Assembly: GCA_963665775.2 (NCBI GenBank)
Contig: CAXXTF010000002.1
Span: 960,001-1,024,000, forward strand
DNA: 64,000 nucleotides
Direction of reading: 5' to 3'
Origin: Dehalococcoidia bacterium
GTDB lineage: Bacteria; Chloroflexota; Dehalococcoidia; SM23-28-2; RBG-16-64-32
Under the pieces are notes generated by a model. That model worked only from the letters and a program-made list of their open reading frames with translations, searched no databases and was not told where the DNA came from. Positions 51,585 to 61,478 of the stretch are shown piece after piece. Numbering within the stretch: position 1 is the stretch's first letter; every line of letters begins with the position of its first letter. The position numbers were made by a program, and so were the translations under genes.

Positions 51585-51604
51585 ACACTAGGGAACGACA
51601 GCGT
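51585..51604 (+). repeat. Boundary palindrome site 12 (degenerate)
   Basis: ACACTAG-ggaacg-ACAGCGT, abutting the CoA-transferase stop codon. Confidence 0.5.
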
Positions 51605-52800
51605 CAGTCGATGGCTCCCCGCTCCCTGAGGTCGGCGATCTGTTGCTGACTATACCCGATCTCGGCCAGAACCTCGTCCGTGTGTTCGCCCGTATACGGG
51701 GTAGGCCTACTGATTTCGAAGCCGTCGCCTTTCACCTTGACGGGGCTGGCCGCAGCCTTGATCGTCCCGTACTCCCGGCAGTCCTGATCGACGAACATCT
51801 GGCGAGCCTTGAACAGGTCGGACTCGGCCATTTCGTTAAGCGGGTAATAGGGAGCACCGGCGATGTTGTTGTCGATGAAGATGTTGGTCCACTCAGCCTG
51901 CGTCTTCGTGGCGAAAACCTTGATCATCTCCTGCCTCAGCTCCTCGTCACCGGAGCCGCTATCCATGCGGCTCACGCTCCAGTCGCCGCGGTTCTCCAGG
52001 TCGAGCCGGTCGATGACCGTACAGAAGCGGAACCAGAAATTTCGCTCGATCGCTTGAATGAGCATGAAGCGGTCATCCTTGGTCTTGTAGTAGCAGTACT
52101 TAGCGCTTATATCGACGTTTGGGTCCTTCCAACCCTCTTCACCATCGTTGAGGACGGGCAACATCTCCTGCCCCAGGGCGGCCACTGTCGCGTCTGAGCA
52201 GGAGATATCCAGATAAGCGCCCTCACCGGTACTCTTTAACTGAACCAGGGCAGCGCATACCGCCATGGCGCCGACCCAGGAGCCGTAGGTCAGGCCATGA
52301 GGGTAGGGCCGGAACTGCACGTAGTTGCCGTCATTCGTCTGATAGGGGATGGCCAGGCCGGCAACGGCATCATAGGCGCCACCGTGGGTGGCCAGATGCG
52401 CGAAAGGCCCGTCCTGGCCGAAGCCGGTAATCGAGCAGTAGATGATGCCTGGATTGACGGCCCTGAAATCCTCGTAGCCCAGACCAAGCTTGGCCTCGAC
52501 GCCGGGTCGGGCGCCCTCCACCACTACCTGACAGCTCTTGGCCATGTCCAGGAGTATCTGGCGGCCCCCAGGAGCGTTCAGGTCCATAGAGATGTCCCGC
52601 TTGTTGCGGTTTATCCACAGGAACAGGGGCATCGACCCACCCCATTTGTCGGGCTCTCTGCCAAACCTGAGGTAGTCGGCGGCTGACTTCTCCTCGACCT
52701 TGATCACGTCGGCGCCCATATCGGCGAGGAGCATGGTGAGCATGGGACCCGGGATAAGGCGGGACATGTCCATGACCTTGATTCCCTTCAGAAGCTTCAC
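51604..52800 (-). CDS. CaiB/BaiF class III CoA-transferase
   Basis: PGP...LADMGADVIKVE, NRNKR, YCSITGFGQDGP, GEHTDEVL. Confidence 0.9.
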   Translation of the reverse strand: MKLLKGIKVMDMSRLIPGPMLTMLLADMGADVIKVEEKSAADYLRFGREPDKWGGSMPLFLWINRNKRDISMDLNAPGGRQILLDMAKSCQVVVEGARPGVEAKLGLGYEDFRAVNPGIIYCSITGFGQDGPFAHLATHGGAYDAVAGLAIPYQTNDGNYVQFRPYPHGLTYGSWVGAMAVCAALVQLKSTGEGAYLDISCSDATVAALGQEMLPVLNDGEEGWKDPNVDISAKYCYYKTKDDRFMLIQAIERNFWFRFCTVIDRLDLENRGDWSVSRMDSGSGDEELRQEMIKVFATKTQAEWTNIFIDNNIAGAPYYPLNEMAESDLFKARQMFVDQDCREYGTIKAAASPVKVKGDGFEISRPTPYTGEHTDEVLAEIGYSQQQIADLRERGAID

Positions 52801-53038
52801 GGTGACCTCCTTCTACAGCATCTACGCCTGCTGGTATGCGGGTATCTTCAGAGACTCCGGTATCCTCCCCGCAAGAGTGTAGCCGCGCCGCGCCACACCA
52901 TCACGAGCGCCCTCGTGGGGCGCCTGTTCCATTCTAGCCTCCTTCGCGCATCCTGCCCACTGAACTCGAGTTGGGCGGGCCGCCGGCGCATCCCCGCTGC
53001 GGAGCGGTGATCCAGTGATCGGGTAAGATGAGGATGCC

Positions 53039-53419
53039 ATGTCGCTAACGTTCTGGTTTGACGGTCAAGGCCCCTTTGAGGCGTCGGCGCTGGGCGTAGT
53101 GCCCGCCCCCGAGATTCCACCCACGGTCGACATCAAAGATGCCGAGGGAGGGCGCCTAGCACCCATTTTGTATGACCAGAGATTCCGGCTGGACTTCCCT
53201 GTGAGCGAGGACGCGAACCGTGCCGTCATCCCTCGCGGGCCACATGGTGATGTCGAACTGGTCGTGAGCGACGGGCAGCGAACTGCCAGGGCGGTAGTCA
53301 TATGTAGCAAGTATGATTTTGTCGGGATCGGAACTGGCGAATTGACTTGCTTCTTGCACGGTTCGCGGCAAGGGGATCAGGGTGATCTCCAGCCTGTCGC
53401 TACCTGGGACATGAACTGA
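53039..53419 (+). CDS. Hypothetical protein
   Basis: GAGG RBS and ATG; 126-aa ORF fills the gap between genes. Confidence 0.45.
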   Translation: MSLTFWFDGQGPFEASALGVVPAPEIPPTVDIKDAEGGRLAPILYDQRFRLDFPVSEDANRAVIPRGPHGDVELVVSDGQRTARAVVICSKYDFVGIGTGELTCFLHGSRQGDQGDLQPVATWDMN

Positions 53420-53480
53420 TATCAGCAGCCGTCGCTGCAAGCAACGTCGGGCCCTGGAAGCATGGCCCTTGCGGAAAAGA

Positions 53481-54581
53481 CTAACCCAAAACCTGGCGTT
53501 GCCCAGTGTCGGAGGCCTTCTGAATGGTGTCCAGCAGCCTGTGGCGGGACACCGCCAGGTCGAAGTCCGGACCTACTGACGAGGCGCCGCGAATACTATC
53601 CGCGAGCCTCTGGAACATCTGGCTCACATTAAAAGGTGGGCCTGCGGGTACGGCGGCAGGCACCCAGCGATACTTCTCAGGAATCGGGAGCGCTTCCATA
53701 TCTTTATCGCCGCGCTGGGCACCTCGGAGAGTCAACTCATTGATCTGCGCTGAGCCGTCGGAGGTGACTACAAGGACCCCTTGGGTGCCGTGGATCTCAA
53801 ACATGAAACCGGTCCCGTGAGCAGGAACGCTCTTGATGTGGACTGACGCCACAGCTCCGTTTTCCAGCACACCGCTCACCAGGACATTGTCGGGGGAGGT
53901 CACATCCATCGTTTCACCGGTTTCGATAATGGTCACTTGCTTGACCTGAGTTTTAACCTGAGCCGAGATCTCGCGGAATTCGCCCAGACAGAAGCAGAGG
54001 GCATCGATGGAATGCCCGCCAGCAATGGTAAGCGTCGTGGCGCCCTTCGTTCGGTCGGCAGCCCAGGCGAAAGCCGATGACCGTCGACCGGCACCGAGGA
54101 GCGAGGACAGCATGCTGCATGAAAGCGCCTCGCCGATATAACCCTCGGATATCAGATCCCTCGTGTAGTTGAAGGCCGGCGCTCCCCGAGCCTGAAGCCC
54201 AACCATGTGAGAAACCTTCTTGGCCTGGGCTAAGTCCCGCATCTCTATCGCTTCCTGCAGGTTCGTGCCCAGCGGCCATTCACAATACACGTGCTTACCG
54301 GCATCGAGCGCCGCTGTGACCATCTGGCGGTGAGCCGGTACCCTGACGCACACCAAAACCAGGTCCACGTCTGGATGGCTGACCAAATCCAGGGGGTCAT
54401 GGAAGGCCAGGGGTATGCCGTACTGGCGGGCTGTCTCCTCGGCAGTTTCCTGTCGGGTGGTGCAGACAGCCACCAGCTCAAACTCGGGAAGCCCCTTGAT
54501 GGCTGGGATGTGGGCCCTGGTCCCCCAGCCGTAGCTAACATTGGCTCCGATGATACCGACGCGAATTTTCTCTCCTGCCAT
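53481..54581 (-). CDS. Gfo/Idh/MocA oxidoreductase
   Basis: IRVGIIGA, AGKHVYCEWPL, GGHSID. Confidence 0.9.
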   Translation of the reverse strand: MAGEKIRVGIIGANVSYGWGTRAHIPAIKGLPEFELVAVCTTRQETAEETARQYGIPLAFHDPLDLVSHPDVDLVLVCVRVPAHRQMVTAALDAGKHVYCEWPLGTNLQEAIEMRDLAQAKKVSHMVGLQARGAPAFNYTRDLISEGYIGEALSCSMLSSLLGAGRRSSAFAWAADRTKGATTLTIAGGHSIDALCFCLGEFREISAQVKTQVKQVTIIETGETMDVTSPDNVLVSGVLENGAVASVHIKSVPAHGTGFMFEIHGTQGVLVVTSDGSAQINELTLRGAQRGDKDMEALPIPEKYRWVPAAVPAGPPFNVSQMFQRLADSIRGASSVGPDFDLAVSRHRLLDTIQKASDTGQRQVLG

Positions 54582-54745
54582 GCCACACCTTCCTATCGTC
54601 TTGGCGCGTTTGGCTGTCGTCGAAACTACGGACGCTCGCCCGCTCCTCAGGTCAGATTCCGGGTCTCGACCCAACGAGCCTCAGGCTGCCGCTCGCGACC
54701 GGCCACACGCTACTTCCGGCTCTACCCCGCGTCAAACCTTCCGTG

Positions 54746-54765
54746 ACACTATGGGAACATAGTTC
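54746..54765 (+). repeat. Boundary palindrome site 13
   Basis: ACACTAT-gggaac-ATAGTTC. Confidence 0.65.
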
Positions 54766-54870
54766 AAGGTAGCACGAGAAGCTGATCCACGCGTAGTGGG
54801 CAGCCGAGGTTCCCTGAGCTGGACTCTTGGTGATATCGGCCTGGGCGCTCATGTCGCCGCTATGGAGCGG

Positions 54871-56001
54871 CTACTCTGGCGCCGCGAACAAGGTCGTAGC
54901 GGGATGATACGCGGACCAGCCGTACCATTCGCTGACGTAGGCGACTACGAAGTCCAGCGCCTTGGCCTCGCCGGCCACGCCGACTCCCGTGATGTTCCAC
55001 GTCGTGTTGGTTACGTCATCACGGGCACGGAAGGGATCGCTGCCAACGAGCTCAAACTGCGCCTCCCGTCCGTCGATCACACGGGAGAAGGCGGTAGCGC
55101 TGTTGCTTTCGGCATCGTAGAAGATGACGATGGGCAGGCCGTCTATCGTGTCATTGACGACGCCGCCTGATTCCCTCAGTTCGAACAACGGGTAGGCCGC
55201 GTAGCTCTCGTCGGTCATGACGCCCAGCACCAGCTCCTCAGCCTTCAGCCGATCGTCTCCGTACAGCAGGTCTTGGCCCGCTCGCGAGTTGGGCATCCCG
55301 ACCTGCACGTCACGATAGCGTGAGCGGAAGGGCGTGTCGTCGGAGAGGACCACTGTATTGGGCTGGAGATCGAGCCACTCCTCCCAGCTGGTGAGTAGGA
55401 TGGGAATGAATTCCATTGTGGCTCCGGTCACCGGGCCCTGTATGGCTTCCCCGTCAAGATGAGACCACACGCTCCCGGTCTCACGGTCGATCATGACCAG
55501 GACGCCTAGCTGCAGGCCGAAAACCTCGAAGGTGTACCTTTGCCCTTCGATTACGGGGTCGAACCCGACCCCCGAACTGCAGCGTATTCAGAAGGTGATG
55601 AGGATGGGCCTCCCATCGAACGAGTCGTTCACGATATGGTGGAAGGTCATCATCCTGATAGGGTAGGCGCGGCTGTCGCCATCGATCGTCACTCCCAGGA
55701 CATGATCGTCGGCCTCAAGGAACGTAGCCTCGGCAGGGGAGATGAATTCCGGGGCGTCTAGAGGGACGAACGGGCTACGGCGCTGATAGCTGGAAGACAC
55801 GTCGTCGCTGTCGGCGACCGCTTCATTCGAAGCCGGCACCGATGGTGTGGGTGTGTCAGGGACGCCAGGGGTGCCCGCGGTGGGCAGTTGATTTTCACCG
55901 GCCTCGGGCGGCGACCCGCAGGCGGCTGCTCCGACCGCCAGCAGCCCCAACAGAAGGACCGAAATCGCGATGCTAGCCTTTGCTCGCCAGTGTCCGCTCA
56001 T
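54871..56001 (-). CDS. DUF3179 family selenoprotein (UGA at 55588-55590 read as Sec)
   Basis: RAYP...HHIVND...LITF-U-IRCSSG continues in frame to MIDRETGSVWSH; UxxC at the family CxxC position; SECIS-like hairpin downstream. Confidence 0.85.
55555..55572 (-). promoter_or_regulatory. Putative bacterial SECIS hairpin
   Basis: GGGGUCG-GGUU-CGACCCC starting about 15 nt 3' of the in-frame UGA. Confidence 0.65.
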
Positions 56002-56108
56002 TGCAAGTGTTCTTCTCCTAGTTAGAGGTATCGGCCAGGACGCACCTCTGCCGCCATCGTAACACCCTCACATTAGACAACGATTAGAGAATGCCACAGA
56101 CTGTATGA

Positions 56109-56128
56109 ACGCTGTTCAGCCATACAGT
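56109..56128 (-). repeat. Boundary palindrome site 14 (degenerate)
   Basis: ACGCTGT-tcagcc-ATACAGT; same spacer as site 9. Confidence 0.5.
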
Positions 56129-56239
56129 GCGCTAGCTCGGCCTGTTTGGCGGTCTGAGCGCGGGGGATTTGTCGTGTGCTGGGCTGGGGGGTAACCTATC
56201 TCTAGAGATAGCTGCACCGGAGCTATAGAAGAGGATGGA

Positions 56240-57187
56240 ATGGCTATTCTTTTTGGCACCAGCGACGGCGTTTGGCAGCTGGACGGCCGCATAGGAAACA
56301 GAATCGCCCTTACTGGAGCCACAGTGAGCCACATCGCCAACCGAAGTGGCGCGGTCTTGGCCGCGGTGCCGCATGACGGCCTTTACGATGTATCGGGTGC
56401 TTCAGAGCGCCGCATTTGGGAAGGGGACGCGCGCGCCTGCGCGTTTGGCCCGGACGGCAAGCTCTATGTAGGCACAGAACCGGCGATGGTCTATCGCAGC
56501 GACGATCGAGGGGAGAGCTGGAAACGTCTGGACAAGATTGACGAGCTCCCCACCCGGGAGAGCTGGTACTTCCCGGTTCCGCCTCGAGAGCCACATGTAC
56601 GATCGATTGACTTCCTCCCTGACAACGACAGCACCCTTCTGGTTGGGGTCGAGGTGGGAGGCGTCCTCCTGTCCGACGACTACGGTCACACCTGGAAGGA
56701 GCTGAATAATGGAGTGTACGCGGATGTCCACGCCGTGCGCCCCGATCCATCGGAGTCTGGCCGGCTAATAGCTGCCACTGGTCGTGGGCTGTACGTTAGC
56801 CACGACAATGGTGGGTCCTGGGAGCACGTAAAGGAAGGACTAGGTCAGAATTACGCCGTAGGACTCCACCTCAATCCCCTCAGCGCGGGCGAAATGTTGG
56901 TGTCCACTGGCGACCATCCTCCCGGTCTAGACGCACGCGTTTACCACTCCATTGACGGAGGACAGGAATGGAGACAGATTATGGACCCCGTATTACCTTC
57001 CCGCTACGATCGAGTTCCCGTGGTGCTTTTCGGCGAGGGAAGCGCTTGGATAGCCACGGATAAGGGTCAGGTCTTTCGTGCGGATGACGCTGGCGGGAAG
57101 TGGTCGCTTTCCTGTGAGCTACCGACGAGTATCCACGCCGCGTCGGCAGGTGGCAGCCCCTGCTCCGTCTCCTATGGATACCGGTGA
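56240..57187 (+). CDS. BNR/Asp-box beta-propeller protein
   Basis: Repeated SxDxGxxW; YVGTEPA, HVRSI, GVEVGGV. Confidence 0.85.
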   Translation: MAILFGTSDGVWQLDGRIGNRIALTGATVSHIANRSGAVLAAVPHDGLYDVSGASERRIWEGDARACAFGPDGKLYVGTEPAMVYRSDDRGESWKRLDKIDELPTRESWYFPVPPREPHVRSIDFLPDNDSTLLVGVEVGGVLLSDDYGHTWKELNNGVYADVHAVRPDPSESGRLIAATGRGLYVSHDNGGSWEHVKEGLGQNYAVGLHLNPLSAGEMLVSTGDHPPGLDARVYHSIDGGQEWRQIMDPVLPSRYDRVPVVLFGEGSAWIATDKGQVFRADDAGGKWSLSCELPTSIHAASAGGSPCSVSYGYR

Positions 57188-57224
57188 GGCGAACGCCCTT
57201 GAGACTCCAGGGTTTCCCGGCAGA

Positions 57225-57768
57225 GGCGCGAGCTACGACTGCCTATGCGCGCGGCAGCCCGAGCCTGGATTGGGCTACCCGTCCGTAGGTGCGAGCGGAT
57301 CGATCTTAGTCATGTGACTCTCTCCCGGAGACCGGATCGAGAGGTGAACGAAGCTGGACTCATCGGTGGCCCCATGCCAGTGAAGCTCGCCAGCCGGGAC
57401 ATGGACGACGTCACCAGCCGTGACAAGATTTCTCTCGTGTTGCGTCGCTAGGATACCCTTGCCTTCAATGCAGTGGAGAACCTGCACGGTGTCGTGCGTG
57501 TGAAGATACGTCCGGGCGCCAGGGCTAAAGCGGACAGCGGAAATTTCTAGCCCGTCGGCGGAGGTAAGTATCGATTGGCGGTGGACCTGTCCTATAAAGC
57601 TTCCCTCGCCTCCTGGCTGGGCGGCGTCTGGAGTGATTTGGATCACTTTCATCAATACCTCCTGATCGCTTCGCCAGGCCCGGACTTGGCCGACCAAGCA
57701 GCTTCGTCCTCCCGACTGCGAGCACGTGGCGCGAGCTTCGACTGCCTATGCACGCGGCAGCCCGAGCC
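57225..57768. repeat. 41-bp direct repeat flanking the cupin gene (57225-57265 and 57728-57768)
   Basis: GGCGCGAGCT(A/T)CGACTGCCTATGC(G/A)CGCGGCAGCCCGAGCC; contains the acyl-CoA dehydrogenase 3' end. Confidence 0.85.
57275..57652 (-). CDS. Cupin domain protein
   Basis: VRFSPGARTYLHTH..Q.L, GDVVHVPAGELHWHGA. Confidence 0.9.
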   Translation of the reverse strand: MKVIQITPDAAQPGGEGSFIGQVHRQSILTSADGLEISAVRFSPGARTYLHTHDTVQVLHCIEGKGILATQHERNLVTAGDVVHVPAGELHWHGATDESSFVHLSIRSPGESHMTKIDPLAPTDG

Positions 57769-58930
57769 CCCTTGTCGTGATGACGTTGTGTTGGACCTCG
57801 ATGCTCCCACCGGAGATCGTCGTGGGTATAGTAGCCAGAAGGTATCGCTCCAACTCCCCCTGGATTTTCGCCCACTTCGATTTAGGCGACAGTGGACCGT
57901 ACAGGCCCAGCAGGTTGACGCCAAAGTTGGCGAGACCCTGATACAGATTCGCGGCCAGCGTCTTGGATATGGATGCCTCATGATTGGCGATCTTGCCCTC
58001 GGTCTGCATCGCGGTCACCCTATAGGCCAAATACCGTCCCGCTTAACTCATAACAGCGAAATCGGCCAGCCGTTGTCGTGCCGCCGGTGGCAACCCCGTC
58101 CCGTCCTTCTTTTCTCTCCTCGCAAAGTCGATGAGGTCGTCCAGCAACCGCTTGGCTGGAGCCCAGCGCTCCATACCGGACCGTTCGAGATCGAGCGTCG
58201 TCATTATCTGATACCAGCCCTGATTCTCGAGCCCGACTAGTTGCTCCGCAAGCAGCCTCACGTTATCGAAGAAGACCTGGTTCAAAGAGTGCTCGCCCAA
58301 CACGTTGATTAAAGGGGTGATGGTGATACCCGGCAGGTCCGTGGGCATCACGAAGGTGCTTATGCCTTTGTGCTTGGGCGCGTCCGGGTCGGTACGGGCC
58401 GCCAGCCAACCGTAGTCGGATCGGTGAGCATCGCTCGTAAAGGTCTTCTGGCCATTGACTATGTAGTAGTCGCCATCCCGGACGGCGCGAGTCTGGAGGC
58501 TACCCAGGTCGGAGCCAGCCTGGGGCTCAGTGAACATCTGGCAGAAGTACAGATCCCCACTCGCGATGCCAGGCAGGTACCTCTTCTTCTGCTCTTCGTT
58601 GCCGTATATCATGATGCTTGGCCCGATGTTGTTCACACCGTTTGAATTGATCCCCGGCACCCGATGATATCCAGTCTCCTCCTTGAAGATCAGCTGCTGC
58701 CAGTAGCTCGCGTTTAGGCCTCCGTACTCCTCCGGCCAGGCTAAAACCAACCATCCTCGGGCACCCAATTGATGCCCAACCGAGCGCGAGAATTCCCGCT
58801 GCTCCGCCGTGTCGTCGGCAAAGCCGGTCCAGTCAGCAGGCAGCGTGTCTTTGATGAAGCTCCGGATCTCTTGGCGAAAGGCCTCGTCCTCTGGGCTCCA
58901 CTGGAATTCCATCGTGTCTAGCTCCTTCAT
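57746..58930 (-). pseudogene. Acyl-CoA dehydrogenase, frameshift near 58040
   Basis: WPEEYGG, FTEPQAGSDL, NGQKTFTS, VFFDNV, LDLER; C-terminal ISGGSIEVQ in the second frame. Confidence 0.85.
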
Positions 58931-59207
58931 CCCTGGGCCCGGGATTAATGTCTCCCCGTTTCCTTCGGTATGAACACCCCCTATTCTAAGTGATTAATCG
59001 ATCTGTCAACCCCGCACAACGGCGTCGGAATCCGATATACCGTTCGGGGCGCGACAGGACATGCACCATGTTCCCATCGTGGAGGCGGGGCCTCGCCCTC
59101 CTACTACCGGAGCGCAAATGGATGCCGTGTTTCCACCATGACCTTACCCCTCTTTCACCCTATACTGAGAGCAAACTCCGGTATGGTAGGTTGCCGGAGC
59201 CCGAACG

Positions 59208-60329
59208 GTGAGGAGGGAGCTAGCGGTGCGAACACTCATAGCAGGGCTTGCATTTACCGCCATCACGCTGACCGCTTGCACGAGCGGTGAGGACGCCGGC
59301 TCCGCCCCGACAAGTGGTGCGACGGACCGCCCAGGCCCGACCCCCACTGCTATAGGCACTGGGGTTAGTGCCACCCCCACCACTGTCCCTTCGACCCCAT
59401 CAGCAATCCCAAGCGCGAGCCCCGAGCCACCACGACAGCCTGCACTGACCGTATACATGGTCCCGTCGGGATCCCGACCCCACGACGTCGCCCCCGCGAT
59501 CGACGGTGGTGTCTGGTACACCGCACAGGGCAGTGGCGAGCTCGGCTGGCTTGACCCTGTGTCGGGGGAAACGCTGCACATCTCACTGGGACCAGGGTCC
59601 GCACCTCACGGGGTAGTTGTGGGGCCTGACGGAGCTCCCTGGATCACGGACGGTGGACTTAACGCCATCGTTCGGGTAGATCCGCAAACGGACGAGGTCA
59701 AACGCTTCCCGTTGCCCGCTGACCGTCCCAATGCCAATCTCAACACGGCGACGTTTGATGGCCGTGGCCAGCTCTGGTTCACGGGTCAAAACGGTGTCTA
59801 CGGACGCCTCGATCCTGAAACCGGAGAGATGGAGGTGTTCGACGCTCCACGTGGGCGGGGGCCGTACGGGATCACTTCGACACCGGACGGCGAGGTCTAT
59901 TACGCATCGCTAGCAGGGAGCTACATTGCTCGCATAGATGTGGAAACTGGGGAGGCAACCGTCATTGAACCGCCCACCCCAAATCAGGGGGCGCGCCGCG
60001 TCTGGTCGGACTCTGATGGCCGGATTTGGGTAAGCGAGTGGAACTCGGGGCAGGTCAGTATGTACGACCCTGATACAGAGGATTGGCAAATTTGGAAGCT
60101 ACCGGGCGCGGCTCCCCGCGTCTATGCGGTCTATGTGGATGAACGGGACAAGGTGTGGCTGAGCGACTTCGGTGCGAACGTCCTGCTTCGGTTCGACCCG
60201 GAGACTGAACAGTTCGAGTCTTTCACTCTACCGAGCTCTCCAGGAAACGTTCGCCAGATATTGGGGAGGCCCGGCGAGGTCTGGGCGCCGGAATCAGCGG
60301 CAGACGAGCTCGTGGTTGTACGTTATTGA
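59208..60329 (+). CDS. Virginiamycin B lyase (Vgb)-like beta-propeller lipoprotein
   Basis: LTAC lipobox; PHDVAP..DG.VWYT, PHGV..GPDG..WITD repeats. Confidence 0.85.
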   Translation: MRRELAVRTLIAGLAFTAITLTACTSGEDAGSAPTSGATDRPGPTPTAIGTGVSATPTTVPSTPSAIPSASPEPPRQPALTVYMVPSGSRPHDVAPAIDGGVWYTAQGSGELGWLDPVSGETLHISLGPGSAPHGVVVGPDGAPWITDGGLNAIVRVDPQTDEVKRFPLPADRPNANLNTATFDGRGQLWFTGQNGVYGRLDPETGEMEVFDAPRGRGPYGITSTPDGEVYYASLAGSYIARIDVETGEATVIEPPTPNQGARRVWSDSDGRIWVSEWNSGQVSMYDPDTEDWQIWKLPGAAPRVYAVYVDERDKVWLSDFGANVLLRFDPETEQFESFTLPSSPGNVRQILGRPGEVWAPESAADELVVVRY

Positions 60330-60396
60330 GCGGTGCGAATACGGGGCCTGAGGATCGACGGTGCAATGCGGCCTATTAGGGGCCAGCGCGGTGACC

Positions 60397-60416
60397 ACAC
60401 TATGTGTCGATCGTGG
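60397..60416 (+). repeat. Boundary palindrome site 15
   Basis: ACACTAT-gtgtcg-ATCGTGG; same spacer as site 3. Confidence 0.75.
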
Positions 60417-60529
60417 CCGTGGTCCGAAGGTGCGCCGCCATCAGCGGTGTAAGTAGGCCTCCGTCTCGGACTCAAGCTCCGGGGTGGCTCGGTCGGGCCC
60501 CTGTATATTAGGTGCCTCTCGGTGATACT

Positions 60530-61478
60530 ATGGCGGTTATGGACGTTATCCGCTGTGAGGAACTCTCCAAGCGTTATGGCAAAATCCGTGCTGTCGACGG
60601 CCTGAACCTAACTGTTGATGAGGGTACGGCGTTCGGATTAATCGGCCCCAACGGTGCTGGCAAGACGACAACCCTCCGCCTGTTCACTGGCCTGACCAAT
60701 GCGGACGCCGGCCGGGTCTGGGTGGCAGGCGAGGAGGTATCGAAAGGCACCTTACAATGGCGGTCAAAGGTGGGCTATCTGCCCGAGTCCCCGGCCTTCT
60801 ACGGCTGGATGACGGGCCGCCAGTACCTTCAGTTCACGGGAGAGCTATACGGCCTTAACTCCGGGGAGACGAAAGTCCGCGCCGAGCAGCTTCTTGAGCA
60901 GGTTAGCCTGACCGAGGCAGCAGACCGAAAGACAAAGGGATACTCGCGGGGGATGCAGCAACGCCTTGGGCTAGCCCAAGGCGTTGCTTAATCGTCCGGC
61001 GGTGTTGTTGCTAGACGAGCCTGCCTCCGCTTTGGATCCCATTGGGCGGCGGGACATGCTGGAGACGTTGCTTGCCCTGAAGGGCCAGACCACTGTCTTC
61101 ATCTCCACTCACATCCTGGCCGACGTGGAGCGCGTGTGTGACCGCGTGGCGATCGTGAATCACGGTAAACTGGTGACTTCAGGCTCTGTCGATCAGCTAC
61201 GCGCTCAGCGACAACAGTCTATCTTTGAGTTGGAGTTCGAGGACGATGCGGCCGCGCTCGCGGGTCAGCTGGCCGAAATGCCGTGGGTGAAATCCACGGA
61301 CAGACTTGAACGAGGTAACCGGCAGGTGTTCCAGGTGCAGGTTATCGATGTCGGCGAGGCGAATCGGGAACTCCTGAGGCTGGTGTACGAGAGCGGGCTG
61401 AACCTGCTGAGATACGAGCTGATCCAGGCCAGCCTTGAGGATGTGTTCATGGAGCTGCTTGGCGAGGAGAATAAGTGA
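60530..61478 (+). CDS. ABC transporter ATP-binding protein, frameshift near 60984
   Basis: GPNGAGKTT, YSRGMQQRL; LLLDEP and STH in the next frame. Confidence 0.85.

Noticed and set aside
13185-60416. Reading the palindromic sites as a CRISPR array or integron attC sites
   Set aside because: Spacing is kilobases rather than ~35 bp, there are no cas or intI genes, and no RYYYAAC...GTTRRRY long hairpins are visible.
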